DNA of 34,168 nucleotides. Origin: an uncultured Chloroflexia bacterium. GTDB lineage: Bacteria > Chloroflexota > Limnocylindria > Limnocylindrales > CSP1-4. Position 1 is the stretch's first letter; each line of letters begins with the position of its first letter. The notes beneath the pieces are model-generated. The model was not told the origin of the DNA. It saw only the letters and a program-made list of their open reading frames with translations, and did no database searches. The translations under genes and the position numbers were made by a program. The stretch is taken from positions 1 to 34,168 of the forward strand of contig CAVRGP010000012.1 in assembly GCA_963720755.1 (NCBI GenBank). Reading direction: 5' to 3'. Below are positions 1 through 9,619 of this stretch, one piece after another.

Positions 1-4
1 CTCG

Positions 5-787
5 TCAGATCGTCTTCGCGCTGAAGCCCCCGTCCACGCGAACGATCGAGCCCGTCACGAACCCGGACGCTCGCGCCGACGCGAGCCAGACGGCCGCCCC
101 GACCAGCTCGTCCGCCTCGCCGAGGCGCCCAGCCGGGGTATGCGCCAGGATCGCTCGAACGCGCTCCTCCGATAGCAGCGCCCGGTTCTGCTCGGCCGGG
201 AAGAAGCCCGGCGCGATCGCGTTGACCCGGACGCCGCGCGGGGCAAGTTCCGCGGCCAGGTACTGGGTCAGGCTGTTCACTCCGGCCTTCGCGATCGAGT
301 AGGTCGCCACTCGTGACAGCGGCGGCCCGGACGACGCGGACGAGATGTTGATGATCGATCCGCCGGACCCGCGGTCGGCCATCGCCTTCCCGAATACCTG
401 GCAGGCGAGGAACACCGACGTGAGGTTCCCGTCGAGGACCCGATACCACTCATCCAGCCCGATCTCGAAGAACGGCGTCGCGCTGTTCAGGCCGGCTGCG
501 TTCACCAGGATGTCGACCGGGCCGAGTCGCGACTCGGCCTGTTCCAGGGCAGCCTCGAGCGACGGTCGATCGGTCGCGTCCACGACGATGGCCACCGCCT
601 CGATGCCGTCGGTCGCGAGGGCGGCCCGTCGTGCCTCGGCCCGCTCTGGTGAACGGCCCATGACCGCGACGGCCGCCCCCGCCGCACCGAGCCCGTGGCA
701 CAGCGCGCCCCCGAGGACGCCGGTCCCGCCGATCACGGCGGTAACGCTCCCGTGCAGGTCGAACCGGTCCGATGGCGAAGGCGTCAC
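5..787 (-). CDS. SDR family oxidoreductase, D-mannonate oxidoreductase/gluconate dehydrogenase-like
   Basis: GGTGVLG nucleotide-binding loop, NAAG, catalytic YSIAK and AIAPGFF..QNRALL segment. Start overlaps the ackA stop (784-787). Confidence 0.85.
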   Translation of the reverse strand: MTPSPSDRFDLHGSVTAVIGGTGVLGGALCHGLGAAGAAVAVMGRSPERAEARRAALATDGIEAVAIVVDATDRPSLEAALEQAESRLGPVDILVNAAGLNSATPFFEIGLDEWYRVLDGNLTSVFLACQVFGKAMADRGSGGSIINISSASSGPPLSRVATYSIAKAGVNSLTQYLAAELAPRGVRVNAIAPGFFPAEQNRALLSEERVRAILAHTPAGRLGEADELVGAAVWLASARASGFVTGSIVRVDGGFSAKTI

Positions 788-1947
788 GCGTGCCCTCCGT
801 GGCCGTCCGACGGCGCGCTCGGTCCGCCAAGGACCGTTCGGACCTCGCGGGCGATCTCGCGGTCCTCTCGAGCGGCGATGACGAGCACCCGGACGGGCGC
901 GCCGTCCGCGCCGATCTCGCGGTCGGCCGGGCCGGATCCGTTCCGTTCCGCGTCGATCTCGACGCCCAGGAACGCGAGTCCGTCGGCGGCCATCGCCCGG
1001 ATCACCGGGGCGTGCTCACCGACACCACCCGTGAAGAGGAGGGCGTCGAGTCCGCCGAGCGAGGCCGCCATGGCCGAGATCTCGGCTCGCAACCGATGGA
1101 CGTAGACGTCGAGGGCGAGAGTCGCCCGTGGCTCGCCGGTCTGCGCTCGCTCGATGATGATCCGCATGTCCGCCGTGCCGGCCAGGCCGAGCAGGCCGGA
1201 CCGATGCTCCAGCGTGGCGGCGAGTTCGGCCGGCGGCATCCCCACGTGCTCCGCCAGCCAGAGCACCAGACCCGGATCGACGCTACCGGACCGGGTCGCC
1301 ATGACAAGGCCCTCGAGCGGGGTAAAGCCCATCGTCGTGTCGACCGAGATGCCGTCACGGATCGCGGCCAGCGACGCACCGGCACCGAGATGACAGGTGA
1401 TGACGCGCAGGCCGTCGGCCGGCCGCTGGAGCAGCTCCGTGGCGCGCCGTGCTGCGTAGGCGTGAGACAAGCCGTGGAACCCGAATCGCCGGAGGTCCCA
1501 CCGTTTGCGCCACTCGACCGGCAGGGCGTAGGTCGAGGCGGCCGCCGGCAGCGTGGCATGGAACGCGGTATCGAAGCAGGCGACGGCCGGCACGTCCGGC
1601 AGGACGGCCGTCACCGCCGCATACGCCGCGAGCGACTTGGGCTGGTGGAGCGGGGCGAGGTCGGTGAGGCCCTCGAGACGCTCGATGACGGACGCGTCGA
1701 TGCGGACCGGCCCGGAGAAGGCGGTGCCCCCATGGACGATCCGATGGCCGACGGCGCCGACCGGGCCGAGGTCATGGACGGCGTCCGCGACGGCCGCCGC
1801 GTCCGCAGACCCTCGAGGCGCCGCCAGGTCCGCCGTGGCGACGATCGAATCGTCTGAGTCCAGCACGCGGAGCTTGAGGCTGCTGGACCCTGCGTTCACG
1901 ACGAGGATCCGGCCGGCGAACTCCCCGTCGTCGCCTAGGACGGCCAC
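784..1947 (-). CDS. ackA: Acetate/propionate kinase
   Basis: Motifs [53 protein letters not shown] and FTGGVGE. Confidence 0.95.
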   Translation of the reverse strand: MAVLGDDGEFAGRILVVNAGSSSLKLRVLDSDDSIVATADLAAPRGSADAAAVADAVHDLGPVGAVGHRIVHGGTAFSGPVRIDASVIERLEGLTDLAPLHQPKSLAAYAAVTAVLPDVPAVACFDTAFHATLPAAASTYALPVEWRKRWDLRRFGFHGLSHAYAARRATELLQRPADGLRVITCHLGAGASLAAIRDGISVDTTMGFTPLEGLVMATRSGSVDPGLVLWLAEHVGMPPAELAATLEHRSGLLGLAGTADMRIIIERAQTGEPRATLALDVYVHRLRAEISAMAASLGGLDALLFTGGVGEHAPVIRAMAADGLAFLGVEIDAERNGSGPADREIGADGAPVRVLVIAAREDREIAREVRTVLGGPSAPSDGHGGHA

Positions 1948-4337
1948 ACCCAGTCCGCGATCTCGGGGGCATCCTCGCCGGCGACGCGCGTATAGGCACG
2001 CGCCTCGATCCGCTTGTCGACCATCAGCTGACGGACGTGACCTGCCCGCGGCCCGAGTCCGGGCACCCGGTCGATCACGTCGATGACGAGGTGGTACCGA
2101 TCGAGGTCGTTGAGCATGACCATGTCGAACGGCGTCGTGGTGGTGCCTTCCTCCTTGTAGCCGCGGACGTGGAGGTTCCGATGGTTCGTCCGGCGGTAGG
2201 TCAGGCGGTGGATCAGCCAGGGATAGCCGTGGTAGGCGAAGATCACCGGCTTATCGTTCGTGAACAGGGAGTCGAACTCGGCGTCTGTCGCGCCGTGGGG
2301 GTGTTCGGACGTCGGTTGCAGGCGCATCAGGTCCACGACATTGACGAACCGGATCTTGAGGTCCGGCAAGTGGGTCCGCAGGAGATCCACTGCCGCCAGC
2401 GCCTCGAGCGTCGGGACGTCCCCGGCGGACGCGATGACGACGTCCGGATCGCCACCCTCGTCGTTGCTGGCGAAGTCCCAGATCCCCATCCCGCGCGTGC
2501 AATGGAGGATCGCCTCGTCCATCGACAGCCAGGCGGGAGACGGCTGCTTGCCTGCCACGATGACGTTCACGTACTGACGGCTGCGCAGGCAGTGGTCGGT
2601 GACCGACAGCAGGGTGTTCGCATCGGGCGGCAGGTAGACCCGGATGACGTCGGACTTCTTGTTGACGACGTGGTCGATGAACCCGGGATCCTGGTGGCTG
2701 AAGCCGTTGTGGTCCTGGCGCCAGACGAGCGAACTCAGGAGGTAGTTGAGCGACGCGATCGGTCGTCGCCATGGGATCTCGTCGGTCACCTTCAACCACT
2801 TGGCATGCTGATTGAACATCGAATCGACGATGTGGATGAACGCCTCGTAGCAGTCGAACAGGCCGTGCCGTCCGGTCAGGAGATAGCCCTCCAGCCAGCC
2901 CTGGCACTGGTGCTCGGACAGGACCTCCATCACCCGGCCCTCGAGCGCCTGGCCTTCATCGGTCGGCAGGATCTCGGCGTCGAACTGTCGATCGGTGACC
3001 TCGAACACCGCGCCGAGTCGATTCGACGACGTCTCGTCGGGTCCGAACAGCCTGAAGGTCTGGCGATTGCGGTCGATGACGTCGCGGATGAAGGTGCCCA
3101 CGACCCGGGTCGCCTCGGCGGTCGTGGCACCGGGAGCCTTGACCTCCACCCCGTAGTCGCGGAAATCCGGCAGCGCCAGCTCGTGCAGGAGGAGGCCGCC
3201 GTTGGCGTGTGGGTTCGCACTCATCCGTCGGTAGCTGTGGGGTGCCAGCTCGGCGAGTTCGGGGATCAACGCGCCCTGCTCGTCGAACAGCTCGTCCGGT
3301 CGGTAGCTGCGCAGCCACGTCTCCAGGATGTCGCGATGCGCGGCGTTCGTGCGAACTTCGCCCATCGGGACCTGGTGGGCACGCCACGTCCCCTCGATCT
3401 TCTTGCCCTCGATCTCCTTGGGACCCGTCCAGCCTTTGGGCGTCCGCAGGATGATCATCGGCCAGCGGGGCCGTTCCGTGACCGAGCCGTCGCGGGCCGC
3501 CCGCTGGATCTCGTGGATCTCCTCGATCACGGTATCCATGACGGCTGCCATCTGCTGATGGACCAAGGCGGGATCGTCGCCCTCGACGACATAAGGATGG
3601 TGCCCGTACCCCTCCATCAGGGAGAGCAACTCCGCCTGCGGGATGCGCGCCAGGACCGTCGGGTTGGCGATCTTGTAGCCGTTCAGATGCAGGATCGGCA
3701 GGACGGCCCCGTCGTTGACCGGGTTGAGGAACTTGTTCGAATGCCAGCTCGTGGCCAAGGGCCCGGTCTCGGCTTCGCCGTCGCCGACGACACAGCAGAC
3801 GACGAGGTCGGGGTTGTCGAATGCGGCGCCATAGGCATGGGAGAGCGCATAGCCGAGTTCACCGCCTTCGTGGATCGAACCCGGCGTCTCGGGCGCCACG
3901 TGACTCGGGATCCCGCCCGGGAACGAGAACTGGCGGAACAGCTTGCGCATCCCGTCTGCGTCCTGGCTGATGCTCGGGTAGACCTCGCTGTAGGTGCCCT
4001 CGAGGTAGGCGTTGGCGACGATCGCCGGACCACCGTGGCCCGGCCCGATCACGTAGATGGCGTCGAGGTCCCAGTTCCGGATGACCCGGTTCATATGGGC
4101 GTAGATGAAGTTGAGCCCCGGCGTCGTGCCCCAGTGGCCGAGGAGGCGCGGCTTCGTGTGCTCCGCGAGGAGCGGCTCGCGAAGGAGTGGGTTGTCGAGC
4201 AGGTAGATCTGGCCGACCGACAGGTAGTTGGCGGCCCGCCAGTACGCGTCGATCCGGGCGAGGTCGGTGGCCGAAAGCGGACCCGCAGCGGCCGTCGCGG
4301 CACCGTCCGTTCGGTCGGCGTGTTCGTCCGTCTGCAT
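1935..4337 (-). CDS. xfp: Xylulose-5-P/fructose-6-P phosphoketolase
   Basis: 800 aa with [28 protein letters not shown] (ThDP motif), LSEH and [21 protein letters not shown] at 4344-4349. Confidence 0.97.
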   Translation of the reverse strand: MQTDEHADRTDGAATAAAGPLSATDLARIDAYWRAANYLSVGQIYLLDNPLLREPLLAEHTKPRLLGHWGTTPGLNFIYAHMNRVIRNWDLDAIYVIGPGHGGPAIVANAYLEGTYSEVYPSISQDADGMRKLFRQFSFPGGIPSHVAPETPGSIHEGGELGYALSHAYGAAFDNPDLVVCCVVGDGEAETGPLATSWHSNKFLNPVNDGAVLPILHLNGYKIANPTVLARIPQAELLSLMEGYGHHPYVVEGDDPALVHQQMAAVMDTVIEEIHEIQRAARDGSVTERPRWPMIILRTPKGWTGPKEIEGKKIEGTWRAHQVPMGEVRTNAAHRDILETWLRSYRPDELFDEQGALIPELAELAPHSYRRMSANPHANGGLLLHELALPDFRDYGVEVKAPGATTAEATRVVGTFIRDVIDRNRQTFRLFGPDETSSNRLGAVFEVTDRQFDAEILPTDEGQALEGRVMEVLSEHQCQGWLEGYLLTGRHGLFDCYEAFIHIVDSMFNQHAKWLKVTDEIPWRRPIASLNYLLSSLVWRQDHNGFSHQDPGFIDHVVNKKSDVIRVYLPPDANTLLSVTDHCLRSRQYVNVIVAGKQPSPAWLSMDEAILHCTRGMGIWDFASNDEGGDPDVVIASAGDVPTLEALAAVDLLRTHLPDLKIRFVNVVDLMRLQPTSEHPHGATDAEFDSLFTNDKPVIFAYHGYPWLIHRLTYRRTNHRNLHVRGYKEEGTTTTPFDMVMLNDLDRYHLVIDVIDRVPGLGPRAGHVRQLMVDKRIEARAYTRVAGEDAPEIADWVWPS

Positions 4338-4376
4338 CGCGGTCTCCTTGGCATCGCCGGTCTCGTGTCCAGCTCG

Positions 4377-4382
4377 AGTCTA
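4377..4382 (-). promoter_or_regulatory. Putative -10 element (TAGACT) for the xfp-ackA-SDR operon
   Basis: TANNNT hexamer about 40 nt upstream of the xfp ATG, followed by an AAGGAG RBS. Confidence 0.5.
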
Positions 4383-4461
4383 GGAGCCTCCGGATCACCG
4401 CGTCGGCCGGCGGATCGCGGCGCCAGGTCCTTCGTTCCCGTGCCATCCAGGATCGATGGCT

Positions 4462-6852
4462 TCATTCGCCCTGGAGGATCGGTGCGATCGGCGCGCGCGC
4501 CGCTCGCTGCGCCGGGAGATAGGCGCCCACCGCGGCGATCGCAAGCCCGACGAGGGACAACGCGACGATGGTCAGTGGAGTGAAGACGTCGAAAGTGACC
4601 GCTGCGACGCGCGTCTCGGCGGCGACCTGGCCCATATAGCCGAGCGCGATCCGTTGGAGTGCCATCCCGACCGGCACGCCGACGAGGCCGGCGACCAGCC
4701 CGACCGGCACCACGGAGGCGACGACCATCGTCACGACCTGGCGTGGCGTCATCCCGACGGCCTTCAGGATCGCCATATCGTGAGCCCGTTGTCTCGTCTC
4801 CAGGACGACGACGTCGAAGACACCGGCGATCGAGACAGCCACGAGGACGAACCCCATCGTGGCGACGACGGACAGGAACAGCAGGAAGCCAGTGTCGAGG
4901 GAACTGTCGAACGTCCGAGTCACGGCCCGTCCACGGAGTCCCTGCTCGAGCTGGTTGGCGTAGACGCCCGGCGAGGTTTCGGCGACCGGCTGGATCTCCC
5001 AGCTGGAGGGACGCGCGGTCGGGTCGAGGGCGAGCACATCGGCCCAGCTGCCGCGCAGGAACACGTGGTCGGCGAAACCTTCGGCCGTATCGAAGATCTC
5101 CCCGACAAGACGCTCGGTGATCGATCGATCGCCGAGCGAGAGCGTGATCGTGTCGCCGACTTCGAGGCCGGCTCGGCTGAACAGGCTCGACGTTGCGACG
5201 ACCTCGCCGGGACCCTGGAACCAGCGCCCGGAGATCACCGCGTAGCCCACCCAGCTCGCGTCGCCGTCGTAGCCGACGAACGGGATGGCCCCGAGGCCGG
5301 GCACGTTGGCGTGGACCTGGCCGAGGCCGACCGATCGAGCCGTGTCCGATCGCGCGGCGATGATCGATCCGATCGACGCCGGATCGGCCGCTGGATCGAC
5401 CTGTTCCACGCGGACCGGGCTGTCTGCGCTCCGGTCGGTCTGGGTCTTCACCCGCACGAGTGAGAGGTCGAGGCCGAGCGCGAACGTCATCGATGCGACG
5501 CCGACGATGAGGGCACCGAGGGTCATCGCGGCCCGGATCGGATGCGATACCCCGAGGGCGATGCCCAGCCGGGAAGGAAGACCGACCCGCATGCGCAGTC
5601 CGGCACGACGCAGGCGACCACCGTCGTGGCCGAGCGATGGCGCCGTCCCGCGGGTGATGGCGGCCACGGTGCTCAGCCGTCCCGCCTTGAGCGCCGGCAC
5701 GACGGCGGAGATCGTCGAGACGAGGATCGCGAACATCGGCACGACCACGACGACCGACCAATCCGGAGTGAACGTTCGGGGAAGTCCGAAGGAGGACGCC
5801 GTGTCGCCGACGATGGGTCCGCTGGCAACGGTTCCGGCGATCGCACCCGCGATGGAGCCGACGACCACCGGCACGAGGATCTGGCCGACAAGGGTCGACG
5901 TCACCTGACCCGGGGTGAACCCGACCGCCTTCATCACCCCGATGTCGCGATAGCTGGTGAGGATGATGCCGCTCACGACGTTGGCGATCGTGAATGCGGC
6001 CGCGAGCAGCGCGAATATCGAGAACGCGAGCAACACGGGGACGTACAGCTGGGCGATCCGATCGACGCCTGTCTTGATCTGAAGATAGGTCGAAGCGCTC
6101 GCGACGGCGTCGGCCGGAAGGTCCGCGGTGATCGCCGTCACAGCGGCTGACAGGTCAGCTGCGGTCGCCGCTGGTGCGACGCGATACAGCATCTGCTGGT
6201 GCAGGCCCTGGCCACCGACGGCCAGTGCGGCGACATCGCCCGGGCTCATCCAGGCGGCGACGTCCGGCGTACTGACCGACGCGGCGATCCCGACGACGGC
6301 CAGTCGGAGAGTCGGGACGCGGTTCGGTGCGCCGGATCCCGGATCGGGCGGCAGCTGGTCCATTGTCCCGGGTGTCGCTGATCGGTAGAAACCGATCTCC
6401 TGTCCGAGCGAGGCGCCGAGCATCGCGGCCGTATCACGATCGAGGACGACCTCGCCGGGCATGGCCCACCACCGGCCGGCGCTGATCGTCACCCGATCGA
6501 TGGAGTCCCCCGGCGTCGGTCGCCCGGATACGGTTTGGCCGTCGATCTGCCCGAACGTGCCGGGCACCGCGGCGATCGTGACCGGCCACGGGCCCGCGCT
6601 GGCGGTGACGGCGCTGGTCGTCGCGGTCTTGGCCAGGAGCGCGTTGTCGACCGATCCGTCGTAGTCGATCACGAGATGCGCACCGTTCGCACTCGCAAAG
6701 GCTCGTTGGAATGGCTCGTGCGTCTCGGCCAGGACGCTGAGTGCGAGCGTGGCCGCACCCGCTGCCAGGAACAGGACGATCGCGAGGATGGAGGACTGCA
6801 GCCGTCGGTGTCGCAGGTCTGCCAGCGTCTTGGCGGCGACGGCTCCCATCAC
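4462..6852 (-). CDS. ABC transporter permease, FtsX/MacB-like (two FtsX domains)
   Basis: Two repeats of TM, extracytoplasmic domain and 3 TM, with RDIGVMKAVGFT and HDMAILKAVGMT motifs. Confidence 0.9.
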   Translation of the reverse strand: MMGAVAAKTLADLRHRRLQSSILAIVLFLAAGAATLALSVLAETHEPFQRAFASANGAHLVIDYDGSVDNALLAKTATTSAVTASAGPWPVTIAAVPGTFGQIDGQTVSGRPTPGDSIDRVTISAGRWWAMPGEVVLDRDTAAMLGASLGQEIGFYRSATPGTMDQLPPDPGSGAPNRVPTLRLAVVGIAASVSTPDVAAWMSPGDVAALAVGGQGLHQQMLYRVAPAATAADLSAAVTAITADLPADAVASASTYLQIKTGVDRIAQLYVPVLLAFSIFALLAAAFTIANVVSGIILTSYRDIGVMKAVGFTPGQVTSTLVGQILVPVVVGSIAGAIAGTVASGPIVGDTASSFGLPRTFTPDWSVVVVVPMFAILVSTISAVVPALKAGRLSTVAAITRGTAPSLGHDGGRLRRAGLRMRVGLPSRLGIALGVSHPIRAAMTLGALIVGVASMTFALGLDLSLVRVKTQTDRSADSPVRVEQVDPAADPASIGSIIAARSDTARSVGLGQVHANVPGLGAIPFVGYDGDASWVGYAVISGRWFQGPGEVVATSSLFSRAGLEVGDTITLSLGDRSITERLVGEIFDTAEGFADHVFLRGSWADVLALDPTARPSSWEIQPVAETSPGVYANQLEQGLRGRAVTRTFDSSLDTGFLLFLSVVATMGFVLVAVSIAGVFDVVVLETRQRAHDMAILKAVGMTPRQVVTMVVASVVPVGLVAGLVGVPVGMALQRIALGYMGQVAAETRVAAVTFDVFTPLTIVALSLVGLAIAAVGAYLPAQRAARAPIAPILQGE

Positions 6853-7541
6853 CCCGCCCGCCGCACGGCGTCGTCCCCGGTGATCCGACCGTCGACGAGT
6901 CGAACGATCCGATGCGCTCGAGCCGTGGCCAGCGCCTCGTCGTGGGTCACGAGGATGATGGTCTGCCCGCGACGATTCAGATCCTCGAGGAGCGCCAGCG
7001 CCAGGTCGCCGTTGTGTCGGTCGAGCGCACCCGTCGGCTCGTCGGCCAGCAGCACCGCCGGGCGATTGACGATGGCGCGCGCGATGGCCGCGCGTTGTCG
7101 CTCACCCCCGCTCAGCGTGGCCGGGAATCGGCGGGATCTGTCGCCGAGTCCGAGCTGGCCGAGGAGCTCCGCCACGGACCGTTCCGTCTCTTCCCGGGAA
7201 CGCCCGGAGAGGAGGGCCGGGATGGCAACGTTGTCGGAGACGCTCAGATCCTCGAGCAGGTGGAAGAACTGGAACACGAAACCGACGTTCGTCCGACGAA
7301 ATCGAGCGGCACCGGTTTCGCTCAACCGATCGACCCGGACGCCGTCGACGACGATCTCGCCACTGCTCGGACGGTCGAGACCGCCGATCACATTCAGCAG
7401 CGTCGACTTGCCGCCGCCGGACGGACCCATGATCGCGGTGATCCGTCCTGGCTCGACATCGAGGTCGATGCGGTCGAGCGCAGGGAGCGGCGAACCGTCG
7501 TAGCGCTTGGTCACGCCGCGGAGCGAGATGAGTGGTGGCAT
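6849..7541 (-). CDS. ABC transporter ATP-binding protein (LolD/MacB-type)
   Basis: Walker A GPSGGGKST, LSGGE, LADEPTGALD and VTHD. True start is ATG 7541 (MPPLISL) after AGGAGA, not the ORF-track start at 8321. Confidence 0.92.
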   Translation of the reverse strand: MPPLISLRGVTKRYDGSPLPALDRIDLDVEPGRITAIMGPSGGGKSTLLNVIGGLDRPSSGEIVVDGVRVDRLSETGAARFRRTNVGFVFQFFHLLEDLSVSDNVAIPALLSGRSREETERSVAELLGQLGLGDRSRRFPATLSGGERQRAAIARAIVNRPAVLLADEPTGALDRHNGDLALALLEDLNRRGQTIILVTHDEALATARAHRIVRLVDGRITGDDAVRRAG

Positions 7542-7594
7542 GGTCGGTCTCCTGTGTCGAGGCCCCGACGTTGTCACCACGACCCACGGGTTCA

Positions 7595-7674
7595 CATCCG
7601 CCGTGGGGTGGGATGCGACCCAGCCGAACGGATGACCGGTCAGCCACTTCCGCCGTTCGGATGAGCTTCCATCC
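7595..7674. promoter_or_regulatory. Candidate NarL-family response-regulator operator repeats
   Basis: CATCC-N11-GGATG (7595-7615) and direct repeat GCCGnnCGGATGA at 7623-7635 and 7652-7664, between the divergent ABC and TCS genes. Confidence 0.5.
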
Positions 7675-7721
7675 CTCTCGCGGCGGAGGGACCGCGGGTC
7701 AGTTGCGGCTACAGTTGCGCG

Positions 7722-8906
7722 ATGGCCGAGGAGACCGTTCGAACGCCCATCGACGTGCCGCCGCCGGATCGGCGCTGGCTCGAGTGGCTCCAGGCGCTCG
7801 GCCCCGTGGTCGTCCTCGTCGCGATCGGGCTGGTGACCCAGGACCGACCGCGGTCCGGTGGTCTCGAGGCCACGATCGTGCTCGTCGTCCTGCCACTGGT
7901 CGTCCGACGCGTCTTCCCGCTCGCGGTCCTCGTCACCGTGGCGGTCGGATCGCTGTTGACGGCCGCCGGTTCGCCCGCGCCCTGGATCCAGGTCTGCGCG
8001 GTGGGGTTGGCGAGCTACACGTTCGGAGGACGAGCCGAGAGCCGGACGGGCTCTGGCCTGGCCGTGATCGCCGTGGCCTCGGGCATGGCGGTCGGTTTCA
8101 TGGCACAGGACGCGAGCGCGATGCTCGGGTTGGTCCTGCCGTTCGTCGTGGTCGTCCCGACGTGGCTGATCGGAGACCTGGTTCGGTCGCGCCGGATCGA
8201 GTCCGAGCGGCGGGCAGAGGCAGCGGAGCGATCCGTACGTGAGCGAGAGGAGCGCCTTCGGGTCGCCGCCGCCGAGGAGCGGCGTCACGTCGCCCGCGAG
8301 CTCCATGACGTGGTAGCCCACGCCGTCAGCGTGATGGTGATCCAGGCGGGAGCGGCACGTCAGGTCGTGAGGACGTCGCCCGAGCAGGCTGAAGCGTCGC
8401 TGCTCGCGGTCGAATCGACCGGCCGTCAGGCGATGACCGAACTGCGTCGCTTCCTGGGGGCGTTGAGCGACGAGGACGAAGCTGCCGGTCTGGCTCCGCA
8501 GCCGGGGATGAGCGAGCTGGAGAGCCTGCTGTCCCGCGTCCGTGCGGCGGGACTCCCGGCGTCGCTCGAGGTCGATGGTCTGCCGCGCCCGGTCCCCACC
8601 TCGCTCGACATGACGATCTATCGCATCGTCCAGGAGGCGCTCACGAATGCGCTCCGCTATGCGCGCCAGGCGACGACCCTTGTCCGGTTGACGTGGGAGC
8701 CGGACCAGCTCCGCCTCGAGGTCCTCGACGATGGCCCGCCGACGCCTGACGCGAGCGATGGCAGCGGCCGCGGCCTGACCGGGATGCGCGAACGGGCGTC
8801 GCTGGTCGGAGGTCGACTCGAGGCCGGGCCGAGGGTCGGTGGCGGCTATGCGGTCCGGGCCTGGCTCCCCCTGGACCGTGTGTCTCTCGAGGCTGATTGT
8901 TCATGA
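7722..8906 (+). CDS. Membrane sensor histidine kinase (HisKA_3, DesK/LiaS-like)
   Basis: Several N-terminal TM helices, ARELHDVVAH H-box, QEALTNALRY N-box and GRGLTGMRER G-box. Confidence 0.93.
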   Translation: MAEETVRTPIDVPPPDRRWLEWLQALGPVVVLVAIGLVTQDRPRSGGLEATIVLVVLPLVVRRVFPLAVLVTVAVGSLLTAAGSPAPWIQVCAVGLASYTFGGRAESRTGSGLAVIAVASGMAVGFMAQDASAMLGLVLPFVVVVPTWLIGDLVRSRRIESERRAEAAERSVREREERLRVAAAEERRHVARELHDVVAHAVSVMVIQAGAARQVVRTSPEQAEASLLAVESTGRQAMTELRRFLGALSDEDEAAGLAPQPGMSELESLLSRVRAAGLPASLEVDGLPRPVPTSLDMTIYRIVQEALTNALRYARQATTLVRLTWEPDQLRLEVLDDGPPTPDASDGSGRGLTGMRERASLVGGRLEAGPRVGGGYAVRAWLPLDRVSLEADCS

Positions 8907-9619
8907 CCGATCGCCGGTTGCGGGTGCTCGTCGCCGACGATCAGGCCCTGGTGAGAGCCGGGTTCCGGTTGATCCTCGAGGCCCAACCGGACATCACGGT
9001 CGTCGCCGAGGCGGCCGAAGGCGATTCCGCGATCAGACTGGCTCGTCGGCATCGACCGGACGTCGTCCTGATGGACATCCGGATGCCCGGTCTCGATGGG
9101 CTCGAAGCCACTCGTCGCCTGCTCGCCCCGACCGACGATGGACGGGTCACCCTGGAGGTGGCGCCCCGGGTCGTCATCCTGACCACGTTCGACCTCGACG
9201 AGTACGTCTACGCGGCGCTCCAGGCGGGTGCGTCGGGCTTCCTGCTCAAGGACGGTTCCCCTGAACATCTGGTCGCCGCGGTCCGTACCGTGGCGCTCGG
9301 CGACGCGCTTCTCGACCCGACCATCACTCGTCGCCTCGTGGAGCGATATGCGCACCCGCCGGCAGCCCCCGACGTCGCCCTGCACGCCATCGCCGAGCTC
9401 ACGGTTCGCGAGACCGACGTGTTCTACCTCGTCGCTCGAGGGATGAGCAACGCCGAGATCGCCGAGGCGCTCGTGGTCAGCGAAGCGACCGTCAAGACGC
9501 ATGTCGCATCGATCCTCGCGAAGCTTGGGGTCCGCAATCGCGCGCAGGCGGTCGTGTACGCCTACGAATCCGGCCTCGTGACCGCAGGCGCCCCGCTTCC
9601 GACGGCCACGCCCCGCTGA
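8903..9619 (+). CDS. NarL/LuxR-family response regulator
   Basis: REC domain (VADDQ, DVVLMD, LTTF, FLLK) plus LuxR HTH (SNAEIA..TVKTHV). ATGA overlap with the kinase stop. Confidence 0.95.
   Translation: MTDRRLRVLVADDQALVRAGFRLILEAQPDITVVAEAAEGDSAIRLARRHRPDVVLMDIRMPGLDGLEATRRLLAPTDDGRVTLEVAPRVVILTTFDLDEYVYAALQAGASGFLLKDGSPEHLVAAVRTVALGDALLDPTITRRLVERYAHPPAAPDVALHAIAELTVRETDVFYLVARGMSNAEIAEALVVSEATVKTHVASILAKLGVRNRAQAVVYAYESGLVTAGAPLPTATPR

Noticed and set aside
2037-4583. 848-aa plus-strand ORF and similar long antisense ORFs (772-1857, 18500-20044, 20457-22166, 24562-26202)
   Set aside because: Antisense shadows of clear genes, expected in high-GC DNA, with no recognisable motifs.
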